Shown piece after piece: positions 51,253 to 64,000 of a stretch of DNA of 64,000 bases; position 1 is the stretch's first letter; every line of letters begins with the position of its first letter. Position numbers and translations under genes: made by a program. A model generated the notes under the pieces. The model was not told where the DNA came from. It ran no database searches and worked only from the letters and a program-made list of their open reading frames with translations. Source of the stretch: Balamuthia mandrillaris (lineage: Eukaryota); contig JAVKOQ020000094.1 in the NCBI GenBank assembly GCA_031835245.2, positions 62,001-126,000 of the forward strand. The letters are read 5' to 3'.

Positions 51253-54200
51253 ATGGTGAGTACTGAGGAGTGCAGAGATTATTATGTGGCTTTGTTGATT
51301 GAGCCGAAGCAGCAAGCGCGCCTATGCTCCTTTTTCTGAAGCGTGTATCTGAGTTCCTTTTTTTTATTTGGGCTTTTAACAGTCCTCAGGAAAGAAAGCT
51401 AAGCCTGTCACTCCTTCGGTCCTTCCCAGCGAGGAAGAGCAAAGAAAGCTCTTGGAAGAGGCCCAGGACAAGGTCAGAAAAGAGGCCTTCCAAATGAAGC
51501 GCTGCTTGGTACGCCTACCTCCTCCTCCTCCTTCGTTTTGTATGCCCAACCGTTGCGCTGCTCTTCGTGGAACTCACTCCTTTCTTCTCTTTTAGGACCA
51601 CCAAAAACTGATGGAAGCGCTGAAGCACGCCTCTACCATGATTGCCGAACTGCGGACCTCGATGCTCTCCCCGAAGAACTACTATGAACTTTGTGAGTCT
51701 CTCTTGCGTGCCACTTCAACGCGGTTCTTGGTGCTAACTTTTTTTTTTTGCTTTCGTTTTTTCGTACAGACATGGCTGCTTTTAACGAGTTGAGGCACCT
51801 GGAGTCTTTCTTGGCAGAAGAAAGGCAAAAGGGCAAGAAAATGAGCGAGCTCTACGAAGTTGTGCAGTATGCCGGCAACATCTTGCCCCGCCTGTACCTC
51901 CTCATCACCGTGGGCAGCATTTACATCAAGTCCAAAGAAGCCCCTGCTAAGGATGTATTGCGTGATCTTGTTGAGATGTGCCGAGGAGTTCAACACCCCA
52001 CCAGGGGCCTCTTCCTGAGGAATTATCTCTCCGAAATGAGCAAGGACATGCTTCCTGATACCGGCGGCGAGTACGAGGGGTAAGTTCCACGCTTTTGCGC
52101 CATTTTTCGCTCGTTTGGTAATGGTCTGACCCGTTTTGACTTTGCTTGTTTCCTGCTTTTGCTTGGGCATTATAGTGAAGGTGGAACGGTCAAGGACTCA
52201 GTTAGCTTCATCCTCCAAAACTTCACTGAGATGAACAAGCTGTGGGTGCGCATGCAACACCAAGGCCCCGTCAAAGACAAGATTCGGAGAGAAACAGAGC
52301 GCAAGGAATTGCGCTTGTTGGTTGGCAAGAACTTAGCCCGCCTCAGTCAACTTGAGGGAGTTGATGTTCCCCTCTACAAAAAGGTGAGTATCATACTCTC
52401 AGTTTTTAGTTGGATTTGCTTATCGTCGTTTGTCCCTTAGAGCGTATTGCCGAAAATCATGGAGCAAATTGTGAGTTGCAAGGATCAGATTGCACAACAG
52501 TATTTGATGGAGATTGTTATTCAGGTGAGACCAGTTGAGTTCTATTCTTTCGTCTAGCCGTTCATTGACTCTTGCTTTGCGTTTAGATATTCCCGGACAA
52601 TTTCCATCTGGAAACGTTGGACATGTTCTTGGAGACTTGCTCCAAGCTTCAGGCTAATGTGGAAATCAAGACAATCATTGTCAGTCTGATAGAACGTTTG
52701 GCAAACTATGCTACTCAACCAGGAAATCACATTCCTGCAAACATTAATGTTTTCGAAATATTTTTCAAGCAGATCAAAACTATCATTGAGGTCTCTTTGC
52801 TTTGTTATACTTCATTTGGCATGTTTTGCTTGATGCTTAACATTCATTCCTTGCCTTTCACACAGGAACAACCCAAAATGCCTCCTGAGGACATGCTTGC
52901 TCTCCAAGTTTCCTTGCTTAATTTGGCCCTCAAAGTTTATGCCGGCAATATCGACTACGTAGATCAAGTTTTGAACGCAACTTTCAATTTGCTCTCCAAG
53001 TTTAAAGAACAAAAGTGCGTTCTTTCATTCCCTTTCTTTTTTGCGGTGATAGTGATTGCTGATTTATCCTTGCTGTTCTTCAGAGTGGATTACCAAAAAC
53101 AGAGTTGTGTCAAGCACATCTTGAGTTTGCTTACTATTCCACTGACCACGTTCAACAACGTGCTCACGCTCATTAAGCTCCAGAATTACTCTAACATCAT
53201 CCAGTTCCTGTCGTACTATCATCGCAAGAAGATGGCTATTGACATGGTGCAAAACGCCATCGCAAATGAGACTATCATCCCTGAACCTGAAGATGTGGAA
53301 AGCCTCTTCTTCGCCATTCATCCGCTCCTCAAGGATGAAGAAGACCAAGACGAAGTTGATGAAGTCCGTCTCCTTTTGCACTTATGTTCTGCCTTCTATC
53401 GTTTTAACAATCTTCTATTTCTAGGAGGACTTTGAAGAAGAGCAAAATGCTGTTGCCTCGCTGGTTCACCTCTGTGATAACTCAAGCCCTGAAAAAGTAT
53501 TCAAGGTATTTATCGTTATTATTTAGTGTAATTGTTTTCGTTGCATCGAGAGCGCGGTAAGTAACCTTTTTGCAATGGGTTCTAGATTTTCGCCACCGCC
53601 AGGAAAGTGTTTGGACAAGGGGGCACCAAGCGTATAAGGCACACTCTCCCCCCATTGGTCTTCCGATCTTTGAAGCTTGCTACTCAACTGAAACAACGTA
53701 CTACGGATGAGGTATTAAAAAAAACATTTATTTATCTCTCTCATTCTAATGGTGTGCGTTGGCCGACAAACAGGACGAGTGGCATAAAGTCGGTACACGT
53801 ATCTTCAAATTTGCCCACGAGACAGTGACCGCTCTAGCAAAGACGGACTACAAAGAGTTGGCAATGCGCCTATTCTTGCAATGTTCCAAGGCTGCTAGCA
53901 CCTGTGGCTTCGAAAGGATTGCCTACGAGTTTTTGACGCAGGTGTTTGAGATCTACGAGACCGACGTGGCGGACTCCAAGGCCCAATTCCGCGCTATCAA
54001 CGAAATCATCGGAACCCTTCAGACTTTGCGCTGCTTCTCTGAGGAGAACTACGACACCTTGAGCACAAAGACAGCCATGCACTCTGCCAAGTTGCTGAAA
54101 AAACCTGACCAGTGCCGTGCGGTTTACATGTGCTCCCATCTATTCTGGACAGGGGATGGAGAGGTAACAAAACTGGCGCCCTCTCTCTTTCGTGTTGAGA

Positions 54201-54738
54201 TCATGTACCTCTCTCGCTCTCTGAACTAACTGAATTTTCTTATGGTGGCCGCAGGCGACCGAAGAAGAAAATGAGTACCGAGATGGCAAGCGAGTACTTG
54301 AGTGCTTGCAGAAATCACTGCGAATTGCGGGCTCGTGTATGGACGCTACTTTGAACGTACAACTATTTGTGGAGATCTTGAACGAATATTTATATTACTT
54401 TGAGCACCGAAACGAAGCGGTTCGTCCTCCCTCCTTAAGGAATCCTTCCCAAAAACAAACCCAAAGCAAGCCTCGCATCCTATTTCCTTTGCCTTGTGTC
54501 TCACCCTTCATCATATGCTCTTCTTTCTTACCACACGCAGATTGCTGTAAAATACTTGACTGGCCTTATCGCTCTTATCAAAACAAACCTTGCCAACATG
54601 GAGATCGGGGAAGGGAAGAACCACGAAGTGGCAGAACAAGTCAACACCTATTACGCCAACACACTGAAGCACATCGAGGCCAAACAAGAAGCCGGACAAA
54701 CGGAAGGGGGCAGCATCTACGACGAAATTGAACTGTGA
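51253..54738 (+). CDS. VPS35: Retromer subunit VPS35, many exons
   Basis: [77 protein letters not shown]. Confidence 0.97.
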
Positions 54739-55222
54739 GCGGATAAACAACAACAATTCAAAAAAAAAAATGAGCAGCAACCAACCAACCACCCTTTTTG
54801 TCGGCACTAAATAAACCACAATTGTTACCCGTCACCCTCGTCTTTTCTTTTTGGTGGTTAGTTGGGTCGGGAAAGTTCCAGGCAACCACTACCGCACTAG
54901 CAACCTCACCCCAATTCTTCGGTTTTCCTTTTGTTGATGTGTAACTTTGATTATTAATTCCGTACCAATAGGATGATTACGGAGTAACGGAGACAAGAAT
55001 TGAGGCCTTTCATTGGATATAAATTGTCAACTCCGCCATTCCGAAATGAAAAGGTACGCCACCTAAAATCAAAACTTGCTTGACAGCGCGGGTTCCTTCG
55101 TTTATTTCCGATCCGCCTTGTATTGCGCTTACCCTTGTTTTTAAAGCCATTTTTTTATTTCTCTCTTTTGTGTACCAAACAACAACCAACAACTTCTTCC
55201 TTTTCTACCCCATCAACGAAAC

Positions 55223-55947
55223 ATGTCTGGCAAGCCCTGCACAAAGTGTGGCAAGACCGCCTACCCCCTCGAGTCTCTCGTCGCTGGTGACGACACCTAC
55301 CACAAGCTCTGCTTCAAGTGTAAGTATTCACCGCAAGATTTAACGAGCGAAACTGTGCGATGAGCGCCGTGCTTTATTCTTTTTTTAAGCGCGGCGGAGG
55401 CCGCACACTGAGGGAGGAGAGCACTGAGCGATACTGTGGAGAGTACTAGAGGGCGAAGGCCGTTGCTGTTGATCACGAGCGCGAGGGAAAGGTGAAGTTT
55501 TTTGTTGCTACCGCTAATACTCTCTCTTTCCACTCCGGTTTAGGCACCAGCTGTGACATCACCTTGTCCCTCAAGACCTTCAAGAAGGCTGACGGCAAGA
55601 TCTGGTGCCCCACCTGCACCCCCAAGGCCAAGCACACCCAAGTTGCTGACTCTGTGCTCACCAAGGCTGCCCTCTCCGCCCCCAAGGTGACCTCTGGTTT
55701 CGTTGCTGCCCACAAGGGTGACTCAAGGACTGCCCCCAAGGTTGCCACCTTCGGCAATGACAAGCAGGTCCAGTCTGGTGAGTTCGAGTCTGAGGTGTCT
55801 GCCTCCACTGCCGACACTGGCATTGGTGGCAAGGCTGTTCAGGAGAGCCAATCTGGAGAGTTCGAGTCCACTCCCCAAGCTTCCCACGCTGAGACTGGTG
55901 GCTCCTGGGGCAACCAGCCCGTGGAGACCTCCGGCCTCGATGACTAA
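55223..55947 (+). CDS. Single-LIM-domain protein (LimE/LASP-like N-terminal LIM), one intron at 55320-55543
   Basis: CTKCGKTAYPLE...YHKLCFKC|TSCDITL...WCPTC; strong codon bias. Confidence 0.9.
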
Positions 55948-56330
55948 ACTTGCCGCAAGTTTGTGGTAATTCTTACCTGTGTGATTATCTGTGTTAGAGA
56001 CCAACAACATAAAAACCCCCTGTTAAAATTTTCGCTTTTGTCTTGCACTCGACAACAAAGGGAGACGAGCTTTCGCTGCGCGTCTCTTCTACTTTGCTTC
56101 TCTTTCTCACCCTCCCCCCTTACTTTTCGCCGGCCGCTTGCCTGCTGCTGTCACTATCTCGTCACCCTTTGTTGTCGACCTTTTTGTCTTGCAAAAAACC
56201 GCAGCAGAGGCTGATTACAACAGAAGGAGGAAGGAGGGAGTTCGTTGCTTAGCCTGAAGAGAGTTCCCAACTGGAACCCGACCAGCCTTGTGAAGCACTT
56301 GCCTTATCTCCCGTTCAAGATCTCTTGGGC

Positions 56331-58285
56331 ATGCAGCCACGGCGTCGATGCTTCTTGGGTGGAGCCATACAACTCCTTCGGCCAACACGATCTAGCGCTT
56401 GTTCCCACGCCTGCCTCGCTTTGCGTGGGCAGCAGCTTTACTCTTCCTCTTCCTTTTCAGTACTGTCCCCTCGCTTGTCTCCCTCCTTTTTGCTTCAGCG
56501 TTTATTCTCAGCCCACTTCACTCACCAGCATGAAAAGGAGAAGGTTGCTCTGGAAGACAACACACCAACAAAAGATGTTGAAGACCCTGAGATCGCGGCA
56601 CAAAGAAAAGCTCGCTGGGCAGAGCTTGCCGCCAAGAGAAAAGAGACAAAGAACCTTCTGCCCCTCAAAATTGGGATGGTAATCTTGCCCGATCAACTCA
56701 AAGCCAAGCTTACCGACTTTCTTAGACGTGCGTTCTAACTTTTTCCTCCATCTTTATCACCCTGTTGATTAAACGTCCTCTGTGCACAGAGCATCCTTCC
56801 TCCAACGTAACAGAAGCTGCGCGCCAACTAGCCGCAACCTTAGGACAACGCACAATCATAAAGCCTGTCGCACCAGAGTCTGCTACCACCACCACACAAC
56901 AAAAGGACACTCCTCCACCCATAGCCTACCGAACCAAAGAAACTTTGGGTTACTGTGCGCACAGAATGCCTGGCGTCTACGCGTGTATTCTCCGGGTCTT
57001 ACATGAGGTGCGATATTTGTTTTGCTTTTTGACTTGCCCACACTTGGTGCTGTGGTCAACTCGTTTTTAACGCCAACCCTCATTGCTCTAGTTGCAACTA
57101 AGAAGGCCAGAATGGCGGCCGCGCTCACTGTTGGACTTTGGCTCTGGGCCTGGCACAGCCGTCTGGTAAAATTGTCTACTTTCTCCTCTTGTCTGTGTTG
57201 TCTCAGCTAACATGGAAGATAAGGGCTTCAATGCAGACATGGCCGAACATCAGTAATGTCCTTGCCGTGGAACCTTCTGAAGCTATGACTGAAGCTGCTC
57301 ACTTCCTCCTTCAAGGTTCGCTTTCCTCTCTCTCTCTCTCTCTCTCTCCCCTCTGCCTGCCTTTACCTTTCCCTTTCCGCCTCTGTGTATCCCCTGTCTC
57401 GTTATTATATTTCTCTGGTGTGCTGACTAGATATACCTTTACCGTGCAGATTACGGTCAAACACGTTGGCAACGGATACTGACTACAGAACCAGAAGAGC
57501 GTTATGACCTTGTAATGGCCGCCTTTGTATTAAGCGAATTGAAAGATGATGCAGAAAGAGCTGAAAAAGTAACGACACTTTGGCGTCACACCAAACGGGG
57601 CGGTGTGTTGGTGAGTCCTTAAGCCATTTCAAAAAATGCTGGAATCCAATTAACTTTAGTTTGTGAACCTCATCTAGCTATTCATAGAACCAGGTACACC
57701 TGTTGGTTTTAACATAATTCGTACAGCTCGTTCTCAAGTCTTGGAGGATCCCAGACATGGTGTGCCCAGTGTACTTGCACCGGTATGGCTTACTTTCGCT
57801 CTCATTTTTGTCTGTATGCGTTGCGTGCTTATTCTTGTTGTTTCTTTGTGTACATTCAATAGTGTCCACATAACTTCAGCTGCCCAATGAAAAGTGATTC
57901 GTGGTGCCACTTCTCTCAAAGAATGCAGCGCCTCCCTTCTCAATTGTGGTCTGGCTCAACCGCCATCAATTGGCAAGACGAAAAGTATTCTTATGTGGCA
58001 CTAACCAAAGGAGACCCGTTGCTCCGAGAGGAGGAGACCTTCAGCAGGGTTCTCGGCCAACCGAAAAAGCGAGGAGGGCATGTGGTGCTGACCGCCTGCG
58101 ACCGGTACTCTGGCATGATTCAATCTCACGTCCTGTCCAAGGTCCACAAGGAGGCCTACAAGGAAGCACGAAAGGCGAATTGGGGGGATGCGTTCATCTT
58201 CCCTAAGGACTCTGTCCGCTCCCTCCCTTCCAAAACTTATCCAAAGAGTTTTGCTCCTACTCCCCGTTCTAAAAAGGATAACTAA
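56331..58285 (+). CDS. Mitochondrial small-subunit assembly factor METTL17/Rsm22-like methyltransferase
   Basis: YCAHRMPGVYACILRVL, LDFGSGPGTAVW, IEPGTPVGF, APCPHNFSCPM...WCHFSQR, DEKYSYV, KRGGHV, YKEARKANWGD. Confidence 0.88.
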
Positions 58286-58383
58286 CTAAAGCCTACACAT
58301 ACAATACCTTGCCTTTTCCATTATTCTTCAATATTTCTCTGCGTCTCGGTACACATAGGAAGGCCAAAAGCAAGCTTTGTGAC

Positions 58384-58800
58384 TGGAACACATAGGAGGT
58401 TATGGCAAACTTGTTTCAAACGGCCCTACTAAGCAATATCCTCGGCGAGGATAACGTTGAAACAACACCCAGGCCTGACTCTTTGAAGGTCGGATCGTTT
58501 CATGGCCTGAGACGCCGCGCTTCCAGGCGGGGGTTGTTAAAGCTGCTTGGGACGGCAAGAAACACTTTTTTTTAGGCAAAGGGCGACCGTTCGTAAAAGA
58601 AAGTGGTGTCACTCCAAACTCTGGTGAGCATGAAGCTGATGGCGGTGCAGCAAAGACAAAAGCCAAAAGATATTACGGACTTGGCAGAGCTTATTAGGAA
58701 GCATAACATTCTCCAGGACAATAAGTTTCTGCAACAGCTCTCCAGAGAAAAGAAACGACTTTTTTTATTGTTTCTAGACAAGTTTAAGTTATGGGAATAA
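58384..58800 (+). pseudogene. Possible decayed nucleotidyltransferase-family fragment
   Basis: VVSLQTLVSMKLMAVQQRQKPKDITDLAEL (K...R.KD..DL helical motif) is preceded by an in-frame stop; HIGGYG lies upstream in a broken frame. Confidence 0.35.
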
Positions 58801-59135
58801 AGCAAACGCCCAACGCATTCTTTCGAGTTGAGTCCTAAAGTCCTCCTCGTTTTCATCAACTTCGTTGGAATCATCGTCATCAAAGTTGAAGTCGTCTGGC
58901 TCAAATGTAACCTTGTCCAGGAGCTCTTGCGCTTGCTTTGAGTCTGGGCGACAGCAGATAGTGAGAGCAGGGTACTTGAATATTAGGTCATCGTCCTTCA
59001 TCAGTTCTTCCTTAAGCTCCACCATGTTCTGTGCGTTGGACCCGTAGTGGAACCGGTGGTAATAATCCGCTTGTACTGCTTTGAACTGGTTCTCCACAAA
59101 GTATCTTGGCTGTGCCACCTTTTAAAACATAAGAG

Positions 59136-59180
<45 letters not shown>

Positions 59181-59181
59181 G

Positions 59182-59232
<51 letters not shown>

Positions 59233-59725
59233 AGAGAGCAATGAGCAGGAAAGAATGAAATGAATATTCACTCGGACAAACCTTGAGGTTAGGGAAGGTA
59301 GGATCCGGGTCAAGAGGCTCTTCGTCATCGACAGGGTAAACATCGAGCATGGTCTGAGGAAAGTCTTTGTGGCTGAACATAACTTTGTTCCTGTGGTTAG
59401 CGTCGCTACGCTGGAAGAGGGGCAACGTAGTATCCTGCTGAGAGAACTGGTGCTCGACCAATAACTCGGTGGCTCTGGAGAGGTCGGACCTCCTGAGGAT
59501 GATATCGACGTCGCAGTTGAGCACAGGATAGCCATTCAGCCGCAAACAGTACCCCCCAACAATCAGATAGGGAAGGGAGGAACCCAAGGCCCCATGCATC
59601 AGAGCGGCCACCTTTGGCACCTGCTTGTTGATCCTGTCCACCAGCACCAGGTTGTGCACACGGGGCTTGCCCCAAGAAGGCGTCTTGCTCTTCTCCTCCT
59701 CCTCCTGCTTCTTTCCACTTGGCAT
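58789..59725 (-). CDS. Pol-beta-superfamily nucleotidyltransferase-fold protein, one intron containing a CT microsatellite
   Basis: YLIVGGYCL...NCDVDIIL (hGG...DxD) and MLDVY as third carboxylate; spliced NLK|VAQPRY; acidic tail. Confidence 0.65.
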
Positions 59726-59963
59726 CAGCAGGCGGCTGCCTTTTGGTTTTATTTTCCCTAAAATTCGGTGGTGGTGGTGGTTTTGGCTGTTGGTCGCTGC
59801 CAAGGTAGAGCGGGCAGCAGCAACAACAGCGACGAGAACTAGACTAGTCGACCCTACAAAAGCCCCCCCCCCCGCTCCAGCTCTAACTTTCTCTCTTTCT
59901 GGAGTTCAACTTCGCCTCCTCCACCTCGAACCCCCCCAAAGACAAAAACAGTGGGCAGGACTC

Positions 59964-60829
59964 ATGCTGCAATCAGTTGATAGGACGGGAGCTGCAGGGG
60001 GGACAACGGGCCGTCAGGAAGACACTACTGCTGCTGTCACTGCTGCTCCTCATAGCACCTCTGCTTCTGCTGGCGGGACCACTCCTTCCCCGGCTCTCAA
60101 CAATCACATCAAGCAAATCAACGCCGCCTTTGAGGTTCGGAGAGAGAGGGAGAGAGAGGGAGAGGAGAGAAGAGAGGGGAGGGAGTTTTTGCATCCTCCT
60201 GTTATGCGGCTTTCTGTTAACGTTCTGAACTGCTGCCAACAACAAACAACTTAACAGGCCATTTTAGGAGCAGCCAACCAGGCCCTAACAGCCAGCTCAG
60301 CAAGGTAAGATGACCCTTGCTGCGTTACCTTGTTGTTGTTGGTGGCTTTTGCTTTTTTCCTCACCTTCTTCTCGCTTCTTCCCTCACCGAAGTGCACGTA
60401 CCGCTGTTGTCAATGAGCTAGGCAGCAAGTACGAAGAGTTTGAGAGTGCTTGCGATGACCTCTACCTACTGTTGGTTTGTTTTCTCTCTTTGCACCCTCT
60501 GTTTTTGTTCTTACTCCAAACAAACGAACGAACGGACATGGTAGGAAGGAACAAGGAACCATTTACTTAAACAAGAGATAACGGCAGCAGCTTCTGCGGC
60601 TGCCGCCACTACTATTGCCTCACAACAGCTCCAACCAGCGGCTGAAGGAGAAGGAACAGAAAGTGGAGAGGAGGTAGCGCAGCTCCCACGGCCAACTGGC
60701 CTCTTGCAGGCTTTTGAGGAGCAGCTCGATGTGGCTGCAAAGATAAGGGAAGAACTTAGCTCCTTCACCGACGATCTCACTAGCACTTTGGAACCACCGA
60801 TGGAGCAAAACGGCTTCCTTCATGACTGA
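59964..60829 (+). CDS. Small helical protein, possibly Mediator Med29/Med2/Med32-like
   Basis: Four phase-compatible exons; KYEEFESACDDLYLLL resembles the Med29-type EF..xCD motif. Confidence 0.5.
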
Positions 60830-60878
60830 AAAGCAACACGCCGCGTGACTGAATAGCGTGTTGTTTCTGCTGCTGACA

Positions 60879-61237
60879 TTACTCCTGCTGGTGAGCTAGG
60901 TGCATAGCTTCTTCCTCTTCTTCCCCTTCTTCTTGACCGCTAGAAGCGAGGCGCTTCCACACCCCACAAGACTCGAGCATTGCCTTCTGTGCTTGCAACA
61001 AGCGGCCACCGGGTGTGCTCAGTTCAAGCATGCCGTCCAAGCAGTCATTACTGTGAGTGTTGTTTTCTTATATCAGTTTTTTGTTTTTTTGTTAAAAAAG
61101 TACAACTAAAGGAGCATATGTGCGTAAAGTACATCATCATACATTGTTTTCACTAACTCTGCTGTCAGGCTTAGCTCCTGAAGCACCTGCAGCTGGTTCT
61201 CTGAGAGCTGCCCTCGGTGCTCTTCTTCTCTCTCCAT
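60879..61237 (-). CDS. Small hypothetical coiled-coil protein of about 90 aa, 2 exons
   Basis: MEREEEHRGQLSENQLQVLQELSLTAELVKT|INDCLDGMLEL...CGVWKRL via a GT-AG intron. Confidence 0.45.
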
Positions 61238-61679
61238 CCCGCTTACCCTCCTTTGCTTTTTTTGTTGCCAACTCTTCTGCTGCTTCCTCCTCCACCTGTT
61301 GTGCAGGTTATGTCCACAGCTTCCATTCCATAATATCGACGTAGCGAACAAGTGTCTCGCCCTGCACTTCCGCAACGCACACGAAGAAAGGGAAGCGTCC
61401 AGATTTTCGTGTCCTCAAAAAAAAATTGTTAAGATTTACCCAATAAGGTAAAATTTAAAGAATTGCAGGTATTGCTTTTTTTTTTTTGGGGGCAGCGCAG
61501 TGTGTGCTTTGTCGTTGTTGCGGTCAATTTATTATTTTATTTGGGTGTGCTGTTGCTTTTTTTTTTTCCCCCAAAGGCCAAGCCGCACAAAAAAAAAAAA
61601 AAGGAGAGCGAAACAGAAAAAACAAAACTAAAAGGGGCTGCTTGCTGCTGGCTGCGCATCTTCTCTCAATCATAGAAAA

Positions 61680-63090
61680 ATGTCGGAGGTCACCAAAGAA
61701 GAGGTTGTGGAAATCGTCACCGGCTTTCTTTTGAACAGCCCTCCTGGCGAGTTCATGGAAGTTGTTACTGGTAACCCATCCTTTTCCCTCTTTCTCCTCT
61801 CTTGTCCTCTTTGTCTATTTTTTTTTGGCTATTCTTTGTCTAGTTTTTGGTGCGCCACCAAGTGCTGGCTTTGGTTTATTATTTTGCTTTGTTGTTGAAT
61901 TTTGGTCACTTACTCTTTTTGCCTTCATGAAGACGTGAGGGGTTTGTTGCCCGATGAGTCCGTAATCAATGAATCTGCTCCACGGACCTTCCGTGAGTAC
62001 AACACCGATCAAATGTTGCAGGTGCAGTCCCCTGGCCATTCCCACAAGGTTCTCATCACAAAGTTCGGAGAGGTTGGCAACAGCGAGTATTTGGACCCTC
62101 GCGGCAACCAAGTTATTCACTTTGATCACATCAGACAGGTGCGGCTCCCCCCTCCACACTACTTTTTCCTACCTTCCCCCCCCCCTTTGTGTTAAGTTTT
62201 CTCTAACTCATTTGGTTTACTGATGTAGGAGGTGACTGGTTCCCGAGCCATTGGCGGTGAGCTTGATGGTTCCATCGAAAACCTCAGGTATTTTTTCTTG
62301 TGTCCAGCGTTTTTTTTTTTCATTTTGGATAACCTCTTTGTTCCCCTTTTCAAGGTCTGCTTTTGATGCCGCTGCTGTGGCCTACGTAGATGAGTACTAT
62401 GCCAACGGCACTTCTACTGTGTACGCCAAGAAGGAAGGAGGCAGCACAGTTGTTACCGTCTGCATTTCTTCCGCCAAGTTCAACCCCAACAACTATTGGT
62501 TTGTAGTCAGCGGCATTTCTCTTGCGTGTTCTGCTCCCCTTCACCTAAAAACACGCCTAACCAAAGCAATAAATAGGAACGGCCGCTGGCGAGCTGTTTG
62601 GACCTGCCGAATTAGCGGTGGGCAGGTAGACCTTTCCGGCGTTATCAAGGTCAACGTTCACTACTACGAAGACGGAAACGTGCAGCTTACCACTGAGACG
62701 CCAAAGAAGCTTAACAGCGCTGCTGGTGTACGTCCTCCCTTTGCTATTTTTTTTTTCAACATTTTTGTCGGGTCAAACTGACGTTATCGTATTGTAACGT
62801 TTTTTGACACAGGACCCCAAGAGTACTGCTGATGCTGCCCTCAAGGCTATTTCCAGAGCAGAGCAAGACTTCCACGCCAAGTTAGAACAGAGCTACGCCA
62901 CCATGGGCGACACCACCTTCAAAGCCTTACGCAGAGTACTTCCTATTACACGCACCAAGATCGACTGGACCAAGATCCAGAACTACAAGATTGGTTTGTT
63001 AATTTTCTTGCCCTCTCCATTTCTCTCTTTGTATTTCTAACTGGTTGTTTAGGCGGAGATGTGGGAGGCAAGCCTATGAGGGGCAAGTAA
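61680..63090 (+). CDS. CAPZA: F-actin capping protein alpha subunit
   Basis: FLLNSPPGEFMEVVTDVRGLL, NYWNGRWR, VHYYEDGNVQL, TFKALRRVLPITRTKIDW. Confidence 0.97.
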
Positions 63091-63312
63091 ACGAGAATCT
63101 CGCTATTGTGCAGTGTTTGTAGTCGGGTGGTGTTAGCGTGCTTGCTTTCTTGTACTTTACTCTTGCAGAGGACACGCAATCCCTTCTTTATATAACCAGA
63201 GTTCCGACTCCAAAGATTTTTTTTTTGCTCCTTTGTCTCTCCCTCTTCCCCCCCTCTTTCTACGCTCTTCTTTCTCCTCTCCTCTATTCCTTGCCGTTTT
63301 TTCGTGTTGCTT

Positions 63313-64000
63313 CTATTTATTACAGGAGGAAGGTAGGGTTAATGCAGCAAGACCTGCCACCGGAAATGAGACATGAAAGTATGGCTCTTCTTGTGGTTCC
63401 GCTTTACCGCTCTTTGCAAAGTAAAGTTGGTGTACGCTCTGTTTTATCTCCTCAACGGCACTGCAAGGGGCGACACCCACTACAACCCCTCCTAACCCTT
63501 TATATTGGGCAAACAAAAGGGTGAGATGGGACAAGAGGCGGGAAGCAGAGAGGAGACACTAACCAGCACCAGTAAGGGATGCACCTATGCATCCGCTTTG
63601 TTGCAGAATACGTTGTATTTCATCCAGCTCAGGAGTGCTGGCTCTGAAAGCTCCTGGCTGGTACTCCAGTTGGGCTTCTTCATCGTTGGCGTCCTCCTCC
63701 AAATGTTTTATCAAGCAGTCAAGGTACTCATCTGTTATGGCTGCATCCTGTTGCAACTGTGGTTCGTTCAGCTTTCAACAAGTCGAGAAAAAAGCCAATA
63801 GAAAAGGACAAAAAACTTACACTATCGCCAGCATGGCCGATGTTCATAAGTTTGCCAGCCTTTGACAACAATCCCAAAAAGCTTTCGTTGTGCCCAGCGT
63901 CATGCTGCGCCATAGCCTCCCTCCAAAGCTCGAAGAAGCGACGAGCACGAGCACACTCAGCAATGCCAAAGAGAAGGGCTCCTCTCAACTGCAACGTCGC
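63313..64000 (-). CDS. GHMP-kinase (galactokinase-like) C-terminal part; the gene continues beyond the window
   Basis: AECARA, GKLMNIGH, STPELDEI, GASLTGAG|LGG. Confidence 0.82.

Overview
Gene-dense, intron-rich eukaryotic DNA with short GT-AG introns and CT/TTC microsatellites. Gene content suggests an amoebozoan-type protist, but that assignment is inference. About 23 host genes or gene fragments are present: ankyrin-RING, a kinase-SH2-PH-phospholipase D fusion, GPI, ARL8, UBC8/UBE2H, BCAS3-like, SEH1, a DEAD-box helicase, an ankyrin protein, HP1-like, nicastrin, cyclin L, GCLM-like, eIF4A3, VPS35, a LIM protein, METTL17/Rsm22, an NTase-fold protein, CAPZA and a partial GHMP kinase. A retroelement island of about 15.5 kb (20.0-35.5 kb) interrupts them. 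Two observations stand out. (1) One spliced gene appears to join a degenerate TKL (pseudo)kinase, an SH2 domain, a PH domain and a complete two-HKD phospholipase D. (2) An intact young LINE and an internally deleted sister copy lie in inverted orientation with cross-swapped target-site duplications, which indicates that the 4.8 kb between them was inverted by LINE-LINE recombination or mis-oriented in assembly. Exon boundaries were read by eye and are approximate unless stated.
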